Source: a virus | Reading direction: 5' to 3' (one strand) | Length of the DNA: 64,000 nucleotides | Virus record (IMG/VR): IMGVR_UViG_2928125067_000001 | Coordinates: 2,187 to 66,186 of that record | In this document: positions 8,122 through 16,704 of the stretch, piece after piece | Layout: every line of letters begins with the position of its first letter | How positions within the stretch are numbered: the first letter of the stretch is position 1 | Program-made: the position numbers and the translations under genes | Notes under the pieces: model-generated | What the model was told of the DNA's origin: nothing | The model's database searches: none | Seen by the model: only the letters and a program-made list of their open reading frames with translations

Positions 8122-8428
8122 ATCAGATCGCGACGTGCGCGACGATGCCGCTTAGCTGGCGGTCATTGGCAAACACGGATGGTCTGGAGAACCGATTATC
8201 CCGTCACGGCATCCGGCAGATTGCCCGCGGGAGACAGGCGTGGCCTGGCGCGCTTTCGATGTTCTAGCCCGATGGGGAGGCTGCCGCTGCCTCGTCGGTG
8301 CGAGTTGGGAAAAATCCGCTACGCCCGTAGGCGGGCATTATCTGTCGGTGCGGGCCGCCGTGTGTCAGCTTCCCTGCGTGCAGGGATGATCCCAACCGGA
8401 AGGACGGATCCCGGCGGCCCGCACTGAC
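8122..8428 (+). ncRNA. Candidate structured RNA containing a solitary type I-E CRISPR-repeat-like unit (8365-8393)
   Basis: 17-bp stem 8344-8360/8412-8428 enclosing TTCCCTGC-GT-GCAGGG-ATGATCCC. Confidence 0.5.
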
Positions 8429-8429
8429 C

Positions 8430-8537
8430 TCACCTCGGAAACTGCCCTGCCACACCCAGCAGGATCGCCAACGCCACCGCAGAGCCGAACAGGATGGCGA
8501 AGACCCATTCCACGCCGCGGGGCTTGAGCAGACTCAT
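8430..8537 (-). CDS. 35-aa single-TM peptide coupled to endolysin
   Basis: TGATG overlap; MSLLKPRGVEWVFAILFGSAVALAILLGVAGQFPR. Confidence 0.55.
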   Translation of the reverse strand: MSLLKPRGVEWVFAILFGSAVALAILLGVAGQFPR

Positions 8538-9271
8538 CAGCGCTTCGTCCGCTGCACGACGTGATGCACGGGCGCGGCTCTCTTCCGCACCGGAACAGGC
8601 TTCTTTGGCTCGACGGCGTGCTTGTCCGCGACCGGCTTGGGCTTGGCGGGGGCTACGGAGGCCGCTGGCGGCGTCGAGGCTTCTGCGGCAGGCTCGGCAC
8701 CTACGCCATGCTTAGCGGCGATCAGCGCGGCTCTGAACTGATTGAAGTACCCCGCGATCAGCGCCGCCTTGTCGGTGCCGTTGATGATGGCCCGAGCGGC
8801 TTTCGGATTGCTCTTGCCGTGGCCGAAGTAGTCGGACAGCTTCTTGCCCGTGAACCAGCCCGAGATCATCCCGTGGAACAGGATGGTGGCGGCCACGTCC
8901 ATTCGCATCGCCAGCGCGGGGGTCTTCACGAGGTCTTCGCTCGCCGTCAGCACGCCGAGCTTGCGCAGTTCCGTCGTGGCCTTGGCGTAGTTCGCTTTCC
9001 AAGTGAGCTGCACGAAGCCGCGGCCCCAGAAGCCGGTTGGCCCGTAGGCTCGCCCCTTGCCGCGCCCATACTCCTCGATCGGCTGCATCGTGCGCGCCGT
9101 CTCATGGATCGTCGTCGCGAGGACGTAGGCCAGCGGATCGGTCGGCAGGGCCGCCGGGCAGGCGTCGAAGATCGCGTCCATGCCCTGGACCTGTTCGGCC
9201 GTCAGGCTGCCGCCGAACAGCGGCTTGCGGACGTGATCAAAGAACGCGGCTCGGTTGAGAGAGGCGGTCAT
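8537..9271 (-). CDS. Endolysin, glycoside hydrolase family 19-like
   Basis: LAYVLATTIHET...PIEE...GRGFVQLTWKANY...ARAIINGTD. Confidence 0.9.
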   Translation of the reverse strand: MTASLNRAAFFDHVRKPLFGGSLTAEQVQGMDAIFDACPAALPTDPLAYVLATTIHETARTMQPIEEYGRGKGRAYGPTGFWGRGFVQLTWKANYAKATTELRKLGVLTASEDLVKTPALAMRMDVAATILFHGMISGWFTGKKLSDYFGHGKSNPKAARAIINGTDKAALIAGYFNQFRAALIAAKHGVGAEPAAEASTPPAASVAPAKPKPVADKHAVEPKKPVPVRKRAAPVHHVVQRTKR

Positions 9272-9768
9272 CGGGCGGCCCCGTCATGCTGCGGAGCGCC
9301 GCCGAACTCGGCGACGTAGCCGGCTTTCCAGTCGCCGAGGAACACCGCCTGGGCCTGCTCAACGGTGATGAGGCCACGCTTCAGCTTTTGACAGGTGCGG
9401 TCTTCTAGCCGGTCCTTGTCGTGGAAGGTCCACGGACCGTCGCCGGCCTCGACCCAGAGGTTGGTAATGTCGTTCGCACCGCCGGCACAGAGCGGGACCC
9501 GGTGGTCAATCTCGAACGGCGCCATGTGGTCGGTGCCAGGGATCGCTTCGTGCGGTCCCTTCATCCCGTAGCGGCGATAGACGGCCAGCTTCTCGGCGCC
9601 CGTGACGTTGCGGACCGTCGCGGTGTTCACGCCCACGATCTCGTTCCGGTCCGTCGTCCTCACCGCCCCCGGTGTCAGCACTGGATCGGGCTCGGTGCCG
9701 TCGCTTGCGGCATGGGCAGGAGTGGAGAGGGCGCAGGCGAGGGCGAGCGCCGCGAAAATGCGATGCAT
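9268..9768 (-). CDS. Signal-peptide-bearing HNH-type protein
   Basis: Sec signal ending AHA-A; PDPVLTPG; EIDHRVPLCAGGANDITNLW. Confidence 0.8.
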   Translation of the reverse strand: MHRIFAALALACALSTPAHAASDGTEPDPVLTPGAVRTTDRNEIVGVNTATVRNVTGAEKLAVYRRYGMKGPHEAIPGTDHMAPFEIDHRVPLCAGGANDITNLWVEAGDGPWTFHDKDRLEDRTCQKLKRGLITVEQAQAVFLGDWKAGYVAEFGGAPQHDGAAR

Positions 9769-9855
9769 GCGGGGTTCCTGGAGGAGCTTTACGAAATCGT
9801 ACGCAGACGCAGAATGTGCGTGCTTTTATGGCGCTAAGAGGATATGGTACCGGCC

Positions 9856-10095
9856 ATGCGTTCCAAAGACTTCGCTGCGGCCCTGTCCCAACTGGATCTG
9901 ACGAAGGCCGCTGCGGCTCGGTTCTTCGGCGTGTCGCTGCGGGCCGTCACGAACTGGTGCAGCCCTGGCAAGGAGCCACCTGCTCCAGTGGTTGTCTTGA
10001 CCCGATACATGCTCGCGAAAGGCATCACGCCGGGCGAGGTGATGAAGGCTATAGGCGAGGAAGGACCGCATTCACCGCCGAGCAAGAGGAGGTAA
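9856..10095 (+). CDS. Small HTH (XRE-like) regulator
   Basis: LTKAAAARFFGVSLRAVTNW; TATGGT -10 7 nt upstream (likely leaderless). Confidence 0.8.
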   Translation: MRSKDFAAALSQLDLTKAAAARFFGVSLRAVTNWCSPGKEPPAPVVVLTRYMLAKGITPGEVMKAIGEEGPHSPPSKRR

Positions 10096-10098
10096 CCC

Positions 10099-10629
10099 GT
10101 GGCGCTATCGGCTTATCACCATGCGTGGCTGTCGAAGCATCCTGAGCGAGATGCGCCGTGGCTGGAGGCTAAGCTTCGCGAGGGATTTGACGTCCACCAT
10201 CTGGACGCCGACCATGGCAACAACGACCCGTCCAACCTAGTGCTAATCGAAACCGGCGATCATATGGGATTGCACGGCATGTCGATGAAGCGACTTCTCA
10301 TCTCAGGGCGGCAGGCCAAGGCGAAAAAGCGCGAAGCTGAGAAGCGCTCATCCAAGAGGTTCGCTCTCGGCAAGCAGGCCTATGAGATGAAAACGCCGTT
10401 GCTGACTTGGGGATACATTGGACGCCGACTAAAGGCACACGGGGAATTACTACCCGACGCGCAGGTCAAGGCTGCGGCTGAGAGATACGCTCAGATCACC
10501 GGGCTTCCTTGGCCTATCCCAGGCACGTTGCCCCGTGAGGCCCTGAACGGGATGCGGTGCCGGGACGGAGTTTGGTCGAAGATGTATGGGCCGTGGAAGC
10601 CAGCTTGGCTGGCGGTCGCGGCAGAGTAA
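10099..10629 (+). CDS. HNH endonuclease
   Basis: VHHLDADHGNNDPSNLVLI...H motif. Confidence 0.85.
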   Translation: MALSAYHHAWLSKHPERDAPWLEAKLREGFDVHHLDADHGNNDPSNLVLIETGDHMGLHGMSMKRLLISGRQAKAKKREAEKRSSKRFALGKQAYEMKTPLLTWGYIGRRLKAHGELLPDAQVKAAAERYAQITGLPWPIPGTLPREALNGMRCRDGVWSKMYGPWKPAWLAVAAE

Positions 10630-10634
10630 ACCGC

Positions 10635-10712
10635 GTGTCCATGCTGCTCAGGCTGATGCTGGCGATGAAGCTGGACGCGGCGAAGGTTGAGGAGTGGCTG
10701 GAGGATAGGTGA
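10635..10712 (+). pseudogene. Orphaned 3' end of an HTH gene (VSMLLRLMLAMKLDAAKVEEWLEDR)
   Basis: Aligns to C-terminus of 9856-10095; TGATG coupling to next gene. Confidence 0.6.
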
Positions 10713-10933
10713 TGCACACCGAGAAGGTTGATGGGCCGCCGACCAAAGAGGGCTGCTACGTGGCTCGACGCAAAAACCTTGGGATCGCTTTTCTGCCCGG
10801 ATGGCAAGTGGTGAATGTTCGTTATGAGCGCGGCGGAACTGCTGATCCGTTTGTAGTCTGGCAGATCGGGGATGAGCGTCCGTGGCCTGCAAGCTTATGG
10901 GAATTCAAGGAACGCATTTGGCCCGGGACCTAA
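10712..10933 (+). CDS. Hypothetical phage protein
   Basis: RBS GGAGG; PTKEGCY motif. Confidence 0.65.
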   Translation: MHTEKVDGPPTKEGCYVARRKNLGIAFLPGWQVVNVRYERGGTADPFVVWQIGDERPWPASLWEFKERIWPGT

Positions 10934-10969
10934 CCCCACGAAGGTCACGGAACGGGTGGAGGAGAGATT

Positions 10970-11113
10970 ATGCCCGACCATGTTTGGAGGAGTGCTTTTA
11001 CAGCGTCGAGTGTCTTGAATATCTTTTTTGCTCTGTTCTTAGCTAATCCGGTTCCTTCGGGGATTGCTGCTGTCGCCTTCGCGCTTTTGTCTATTGCATG
11101 GAGACCCGCATGA
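10970..11113 (+). CDS. 47-aa membrane peptide
   Basis: RBS GGAGGAG; AT-rich, two hydrophobic stretches; ATGA coupled. Confidence 0.55.
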   Translation: MPDHVWRSAFTASSVLNIFFALFLANPVPSGIAAVAFALLSIAWRPA

Positions 11114-11370
11114 CCCCCGACTTCAAGCGCCTGTGCGAGGCGGCAGAGGACGCCTACAATGATCAGTCTGGCTCGCCCTTCTCGCTGGACTGCCGAGAAG
11201 CCATCGTCCGTGCGGTTCTCATGGCCCTGAGAGAGCCTTCGGATGCCGTCAAAAAGGCTGCCGAGGAAGGCACCGAGTTCTACGGCGCTGGCGAGTACAT
11301 TTCCTACGATGCGGGTGAGACGATTGCACGGGCGGTCGATTTCATCCTCGCAGAGCCTGCCAAGGCATAG
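11110..11370 (+). CDS. Hypothetical phage protein
   Basis: VRAVLMALREPS motif. Confidence 0.65.
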   Translation: MTPDFKRLCEAAEDAYNDQSGSPFSLDCREAIVRAVLMALREPSDAVKKAAEEGTEFYGAGEYISYDAGETIARAVDFILAEPAKA

Positions 11371-11379
11371 GAGGGAAGG

Positions 11380-11679
11380 ATGAAATTCGCCGATTTCGAT
11401 GTGAGCTTTGAGCCGCCCGACGGCATTCCTATCAGGCTAACCCCGGCCGACGAAGGTGACTGGACCGTTACGGCTCAGAAGGATGACGATATCCTTGTTC
11501 ACGTGCGCGCTGGCGCAACCGCAGACAAGCTTCGCGCGACGCCGATTGATGCCAGGGGCACCATCCACGACGGCAAGACGGAAGTGAAAGTTCGCGTCCG
11601 CTCCGTTGAGCCGCTTCGGGATGGAGGGGTCAAGGTCGCCTACGAGCGGCTGAGCTTCCCGTATTCAGTAAAAGCCTAG
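11380..11679 (+). CDS. Hypothetical protein
   Basis: RBS GGAGGG, 99 aa. Confidence 0.65.
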   Translation: MKFADFDVSFEPPDGIPIRLTPADEGDWTVTAQKDDDILVHVRAGATADKLRATPIDARGTIHDGKTEVKVRVRSVEPLRDGGVKVAYERLSFPYSVKA

Positions 11680-11681
11680 GC

Positions 11682-12041
11682 CTACCGATGCACCGTCACC
11701 CGAAATGGGATCGACGGAGACGGCAGGCTGATCAGCGCCGACGACGTGAAGCCCAAGGCGACTTGGTTCGTCGCCGACACATACCACCAAGCGAGGTTGA
11801 TCCCGCCCGGGATTGCCGCTGTCGGCTGAACGGAGATGTCCTCCCCGGCTGCAAGGCTGTCACCGGCCACCACGGGCGAGACGGCAAGCGTCACGGTCTG
11901 CGTCGCTCCGAGGCTGATTGTCAGCGCCGTCGTCAGCGTGCCGGTGAACTTGGCGTGCCGCCCAGCGAGTGCCAGAACGTCCGCCCGGGTCATCAGATCA
12001 TTGGCAGCAGCCGCCGCCCTGCCGTATTGCTTGCGGGGCAT
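11682..12041 (-). CDS. Virion-associated hypothetical protein
   Basis: Last gene of fibre block, beta-rich composition. Confidence 0.65.
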   Translation of the reverse strand: MPRKQYGRAAAAANDLMTRADVLALAGRHAKFTGTLTTALTISLGATQTVTLAVSPVVAGDSLAAGEDISVQPTAAIPGGINLAWWYVSATNQVALGFTSSALISLPSPSIPFRVTVHR

Positions 12042-12044
12042 CGC

Positions 12045-12782
12045 CTAGCCGGTGATGACCGCACGCATGGCGCCAGCCGCGGGGGCGGTCGCGAATGTGA
12101 AGGCGACGGCGCTGGTGCTGGACCGAACGGTGTCGGTCTCAATCGTCTCTCCGGTGCTCACCAGATAGAGCTGCGCCACGACATCGAGCGTGCCGAGGTT
12201 GTGAGAGACCGTGATCGTGGTCGAGGAGCCGTCCCCGACGTTCGTCGCGAACTTGCGGGCGATAACCGTCGTATCGACGGCGAACTGTGTTCCGGTCAGG
12301 GTGAGGCCCGTCCCGGCCGTGTAGGCGATGCCGGCCCCGAACTTGGCAAAGGCGATGGCCGTCGTGCCGACCGTGATCGGGTCGTCCGTGGTGATCGTGT
12401 AGGCGGTGTCGGCGTTGACCGTGCCCTCGTCCACGTAGAAGGCCGCGCCTGCGTTGAGATTGCCGGCCGTGCCATCAGCGGCCCGCGTCAGGGCGGACGA
12501 GGCGCCATTCCAGACGTAGATACCGTTCTCCGACGCCGTGGTCTGGTTCTTCAGCAGGACGCGGTTGCCGACCGCCAGCGTGACGCCATCAATGGACGCG
12601 CCAGGCGATGCGATGATGACGTTGCCGGTCGAGGCAGCGCGAGCCGCCCCATGCCACGACAGGCCCGCCAGCGCGCTCTGAAGCTGCGCGAGGTTGACGG
12701 CATCGGTCGGCTGAGAGCCGGTGCCGACGTTCTGGATGCGCTGGTTCTGGAGATCAAGGCCGTTGCCGATTTTCCGGGTCAT
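12045..12782 (-). CDS. Fibre/decoration-like virion protein
   Basis: RIQNVGTG..TDAVNLAQL neck motif; GVTL..GNRVLLKNQT..ENGIY; SHNLGT domain. Confidence 0.75.
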   Translation of the reverse strand: MTRKIGNGLDLQNQRIQNVGTGSQPTDAVNLAQLQSALAGLSWHGAARAASTGNVIIASPGASIDGVTLAVGNRVLLKNQTTASENGIYVWNGASSALTRAADGTAGNLNAGAAFYVDEGTVNADTAYTITTDDPITVGTTAIAFAKFGAGIAYTAGTGLTLTGTQFAVDTTVIARKFATNVGDGSSTTITVSHNLGTLDVVAQLYLVSTGETIETDTVRSSTSAVAFTFATAPAAGAMRAVITG

Positions 12783-12785
12783 GGG

Positions 12786-13235
12786 CTATCCCAGGTAGAG
12801 AGTGCCGGTGAAGGGCTGGGCGAAGGTCAGGGTCGTCAGGCCCGGCGCGTGAACGACGTCGGTGTCCACCTCGGCGCCATCAGGGTCGACGATTGTCGTG
12901 CTCGGCGCGTAGGAGAGGCCGTGACTGACGGCGAAGCTCGCGACCTCAGACAGCGGATAGGACGCGGGGATCGGTCGGACTGGCGTACACTTCGCGAACT
13001 CGCCTTGCAGGTAAGCCAGCGCATCCGCCATGCTGGCCGGCGTGTAGGTGCCGTCAAGGTTCGTCAGCTCGGCCCAGGCGACCGACTGCTCACCGCGGCC
13101 GCCGAGATCGTTGATCTGGATCGTGTCCGGCAAGACGGTCGAGACTGTCGCCACGAGGGACCGGGCCGGAAAGGCGCCGTTCCCCGCGATGACGATACTG
13201 CCCGACGTGGCGTGAAACCCGATGGCCAACGTCAT
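12786..13235 (-). CDS. Virion protein with HGL..P beta-domain
   Basis: VSHGLSYAPS...TLTFAQPFTGTLYL. Confidence 0.7.
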   Translation of the reverse strand: MTLAIGFHATSGSIVIAGNGAFPARSLVATVSTVLPDTIQINDLGGRGEQSVAWAELTNLDGTYTPASMADALAYLQGEFAKCTPVRPIPASYPLSEVASFAVSHGLSYAPSTTIVDPDGAEVDTDVVHAPGLTTLTFAQPFTGTLYLG

Positions 13236-13870
13236 GACGCGAAGTCCAAAGGCGTCACCTCGGGGCTGAACTCCATCAGCGTGCCCCCACTGGTCGCCAT
13301 GACGTAGACCACAGCGCCCGATGCCACGAAGCGGGTGCGGCACTGCTCCGCGAAGGTCTCGGATCCCGGCTGCATCTGGCCGGCATCGGCCGTCAGAGCG
13401 ATCGGATCCGGCCCGAACTCGAAATTGACGTCGTCGCCGGGGCGAACCGAGAACCGCAGGCCCCCGCCCCGCTGCTGCGGAACGACGGTGTAGCTGAACT
13501 TGAACAGCAGCACGTCACCGACCGCACGGGCCCGCAGAAGGCCAGCCGCGTTGTCCCAGAAGGCGAAGTTGGCCCACGGTCCGGACGGCAGATTGAAGTT
13601 GGCGGCCGAAGGCGTCAGGTTCCGAGTCAGGCGAACCCACTCGCCAGCCGGGAGCATGAACGGCGTCCCGGCATCGGTGTCGGTATAGTCGATGGTGCCG
13701 AAGCGCTTGGCGAAGCCATTGGCTCCAGGAGCGCCTTGAATGCCCTGGGCACCCTGTTGCCCTCGAACCGTCACGGACGCCACCACCGGCCTTCCCTGCG
13801 CAGCTACGGCCACATTGGGACGCTGGCGGGCGGTGACGGTGAAGCGGGGGAGCGAGACGCCGCCGCTCAT
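13232..13870 (-). CDS. Virion protein with short collagen-like segment
   Basis: GQQGAQGIQGAPGANG. Confidence 0.7.
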   Translation of the reverse strand: MSGGVSLPRFTVTARQRPNVAVAAQGRPVVASVTVRGQQGAQGIQGAPGANGFAKRFGTIDYTDTDAGTPFMLPAGEWVRLTRNLTPSAANFNLPSGPWANFAFWDNAAGLLRARAVGDVLLFKFSYTVVPQQRGGGLRFSVRPGDDVNFEFGPDPIALTADAGQMQPGSETFAEQCRTRFVASGAVVYVMATSGGTLMEFSPEVTPLDFAS

Positions 13871-14259
13871 GACGAGCCAGTCCCCGGCAGCACCGTGAAC
13901 CCAATCCGGCAGATGCCCTGCGGATGCGCCATGCCGTCTGCATACCGATAGAGATCGCCGTAGACATCTTCGGTGATGCCGAGCCGCAGCAGGCCGAGGA
14001 ACTGCGGCGACCAAGCCCGGCCGGCTTTCGGGATCAGGAACGACAGGGCGCCCGCCGTCGCATTGGTGATCACCAGCGACTGATTGGAGAGCGCGGTATC
14101 GCAGATGCCGACCACCGTCTGAGACTTGTCCTCAAACCGAGCGAACAGGCGGGATCCGGTCAGATCCAGTGGAGAGCCGTCCGCGTTGGTAACGATGAAA
14201 TCCCAAGCGAAATCCTCCCCGTCGAAGAATGCGTCGGGGGATGAAGCCGTGATCGCCAT
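13867..14259 (-). CDS. BppU-N-like adaptor protein
   Basis: GEDF...DGSPLDLTG motif. Confidence 0.65.
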   Translation of the reverse strand: MAITASSPDAFFDGEDFAWDFIVTNADGSPLDLTGSRLFARFEDKSQTVVGICDTALSNQSLVITNATAGALSFLIPKAGRAWSPQFLGLLRLGITEDVYGDLYRYADGMAHPQGICRIGFTVLPGTGSS

Positions 14260-14265
14260 GGGCTG

Positions 14266-15252
14266 CTACCAGTCGGTCAGGGCGGCGCGGCGCCAGCGGT
14301 TCGGCGCGATGCAGCGATACTCATAGGCCTCGCTCCAAGCGTGCTCGCCCGTCTCGCAGGGCGACGAGGCCGAGGTCGGCACATGCGGGATCTGCTCAAT
14401 GACGCGGCCGAGATAGACGCCGCCGTCGTCGCCCATGCGAAAGGTTGGCCCGTAAGGCGTCATGAAGGTGATCTTGCCGTCGTGGAAGCCGAGGAAGCGC
14501 CCAAAGGTGCCGTCCGACTTGCCGTCGAGGCCTAGCCACTGTTCGGGGCCCATCAGGATCGCAGCGCCCGAGAACGAGCCGCCAGCCAGATCAAGGCCGA
14601 TCCCGAACTGACCGCCGACATTCGCCGTCGAGAACGCCCGGTCAATCGTCACGCCCTGCGTCGGGGAGACGACGACGCCGTAGCCGACATGGCTCCCGGG
14701 CTGGCCGCCGCCGGCCGCGTGGATGATGACCCGCTGCCGATTGGCATCTGTGCCGACCGCGCCGCCGACGTCCACCTCGGCACCCACGCACGACGTCGTA
14801 GGATCAACCTGCCCGGTGTTGTCCACGCAGTTGAAGTTCCCAGCCCAGGTCGTGCCGGTCTCCTCACCGTTGTCGGTGGCGTTCTTCCACGCCGTGCCGT
14901 TCACGGCGACGTTCTGCGCTTCGGCCGACTTCCTGGTCCGGTTGTTCAACTCGCCCGTGATCGCCCACTCGAAGCCGGGGGACACGTAGGACGTCGTCGT
15001 CAGGCCCCAGATGGCCTTGTAGGTGTACCAGGGCTTGCCGCCGCCGGACGTGGTCTCAACGTCGCGATCCACGCGCAGAGTGGAGGCGCTGTCGAAGGTC
15101 GAGCCACCAAAGCCGTTCCAGAAGAACAAGGGTAATCCAGCGATGCCCGGTTGCCCCGAGCCGACGACGCTCGCCGTAAAGGGCGGGCTCAGGGTCTGCG
15201 CCGTGGCGGGAGCGGCGAGCACTAGGCTGAGGAAAGCGAGGGCGGCGCGCAT
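14266..15252 (-). CDS. Fibre/spike-like protein with N-terminal signal peptide
   Basis: MRAALAFLSLVLAAPATAQ; C-terminal PTSASSPC..GEHAW...YRC..NRWRR..L..W motif. Confidence 0.7.
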   Translation of the reverse strand: MRAALAFLSLVLAAPATAQTLSPPFTASVVGSGQPGIAGLPLFFWNGFGGSTFDSASTLRVDRDVETTSGGGKPWYTYKAIWGLTTTSYVSPGFEWAITGELNNRTRKSAEAQNVAVNGTAWKNATDNGEETGTTWAGNFNCVDNTGQVDPTTSCVGAEVDVGGAVGTDANRQRVIIHAAGGGQPGSHVGYGVVVSPTQGVTIDRAFSTANVGGQFGIGLDLAGGSFSGAAILMGPEQWLGLDGKSDGTFGRFLGFHDGKITFMTPYGPTFRMGDDGGVYLGRVIEQIPHVPTSASSPCETGEHAWSEAYEYRCIAPNRWRRAALTDW

Positions 15253-16664
15253 TACCATCCCCGCTGCGCCACAAACTTATAGGCCCAACTCGCATTTGTG
15301 ATGGATACGACCGCTCCGGACGTAGCATTAGGAAGGGTGAAATTCGTCACGGCCGGTATCAGCATTCCTGTTCTGCTGGTGTAAACCGGGATTATGCCGA
15401 AATTTCCGTTGGCTGTAGACACGCCGTTGACGATGACCTGACCAACTGCATACCCCTGATCCGACGAAAGGTTCTTGATAACGTATTTTGTCATTTCAGG
15501 AATGACGCCGATGTTATGATTTTTGCCGGCGCCACTGGCCAACGTATTGGTATATCCGCTGTCATAGTACCCATTATAGCCATATGCCATACTGGACGTG
15601 ACGCCCGACGCTGAGGTGACGACCTCACCCACGAAGACGAGCGGCGTCGCCGTGGCGGTCGAGCCATTACCCATGTAGCCAATCATGGCCACGGTATCGA
15701 AGGTGAACTGGCCGTTGGCCGTGCTTGGAGTGCCGCCGGCCTGATATATCGGCGCGAGGGTTGAGAACCCCGCCGCCCCCGTGGAGGCGTTGACGTAGAG
15801 AAAATTCGTGGCCGAGGCCGCGAGCCCGGTCCATGTCGGGTTGGACGTGTAGGTCCAGGTGACGTTCACCGGGCCCGATGAGCCGAAGCCCTGCGCGGCC
15901 GTGACAATCAGCGGAACTGTGGAGGAGACGCCTGTGGCCGTGATGGACAGGCTGCCGGAGGTGGCGGGCAGGAAGCTCGGCAAGCCGCCAGAGGTCGGGC
16001 CAGCGGCGACCGTCTGGCGGACGGGGAACGGCGCTCCGCCCGTGACCGCCGCAATGGCTGTCTGAAGCGCAGCCGTCGTCGCAACACGGGTCGAATTGTC
16101 CCCCGCGGCCGGCGTGGTTGCGGTCGCGGCGCCTAGCGCCGGTCCAGAAAGGGACGTGATGTCGGTGTTGGCACCGGATGCCGCCGCCCCGATCCCAGAT
16201 CGCGCCGTTGCCGCAGTGTTTCCGCCCGTTCCGCCCTGCCCGACGCTCAGTGGGGTCGTCAGACCCGTCAGCGAAGTGATGTCGCTGTTAGTCCCCCGCG
16301 TGGCAGCGCCGAGATTGGACCGTGCGGTTGAAGCGCTGGCAAGATCGGAGAGGTTGTTCGCGGACTGAAGCGCTCCGACGATGCGGCTGTCGTTGCCGGC
16401 CGCAACCGTACCTGCCGCGGTGCCCACGTTCAGAACCGCGGCGCCCCCAAGCCCAAGGTTCGTTCGCGCGGTTGCGGCGGACGGCAAATCGGAGAGATTG
16501 CTCGCCCGTGACAGGAAGGTGCTGGCCGTCAGGATCGCCTGCAGGGATGCGACGTTCGCGTAAAGCTCCGCGTCGTTCGCGTTGAGCTTCGTGAATGCAA
16601 TCCGCGGCGCGTCGCCTGTCCCGGTATTAGCCGCGACGCCGACGTTGACCGGCTGCTGCGCCAT
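15252..16664 (-). CDS. Long tail fibre protein
   Basis: N-term GTGD..R.AF.KLN.N..ELY; NLSDL...ARxNLG and NxDITSL repeats; lower-GC C-terminus. Confidence 0.85.
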   Translation of the reverse strand: MAQQPVNVGVAANTGTGDAPRIAFTKLNANDAELYANVASLQAILTASTFLSRASNLSDLPSAATARTNLGLGGAAVLNVGTAAGTVAAGNDSRIVGALQSANNLSDLASASTARSNLGAATRGTNSDITSLTGLTTPLSVGQGGTGGNTAATARSGIGAAASGANTDITSLSGPALGAATATTPAAGDNSTRVATTAALQTAIAAVTGGAPFPVRQTVAAGPTSGGLPSFLPATSGSLSITATGVSSTVPLIVTAAQGFGSSGPVNVTWTYTSNPTWTGLAASATNFLYVNASTGAAGFSTLAPIYQAGGTPSTANGQFTFDTVAMIGYMGNGSTATATPLVFVGEVVTSASGVTSSMAYGYNGYYDSGYTNTLASGAGKNHNIGVIPEMTKYVIKNLSSDQGYAVGQVIVNGVSTANGNFGIIPVYTSRTGMLIPAVTNFTLPNATSGAVVSITNASWAYKFVAQRGW

Positions 16665-16704
16665 AATCAATGCACTCCGGTTCTTGTTCTAGACGGCAGA
16701 GCGA

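Noticed and set aside
8032-8427. 131-aa + strand ORF
   Set aside because: Arg-rich, no RBS or motif, and overlaps strong RNA structure.
8344-8428. CRISPR array
   Set aside because: Only one repeat-like unit, no repeat-spacer periodicity and no cas genes; reported as a solitary unit instead.
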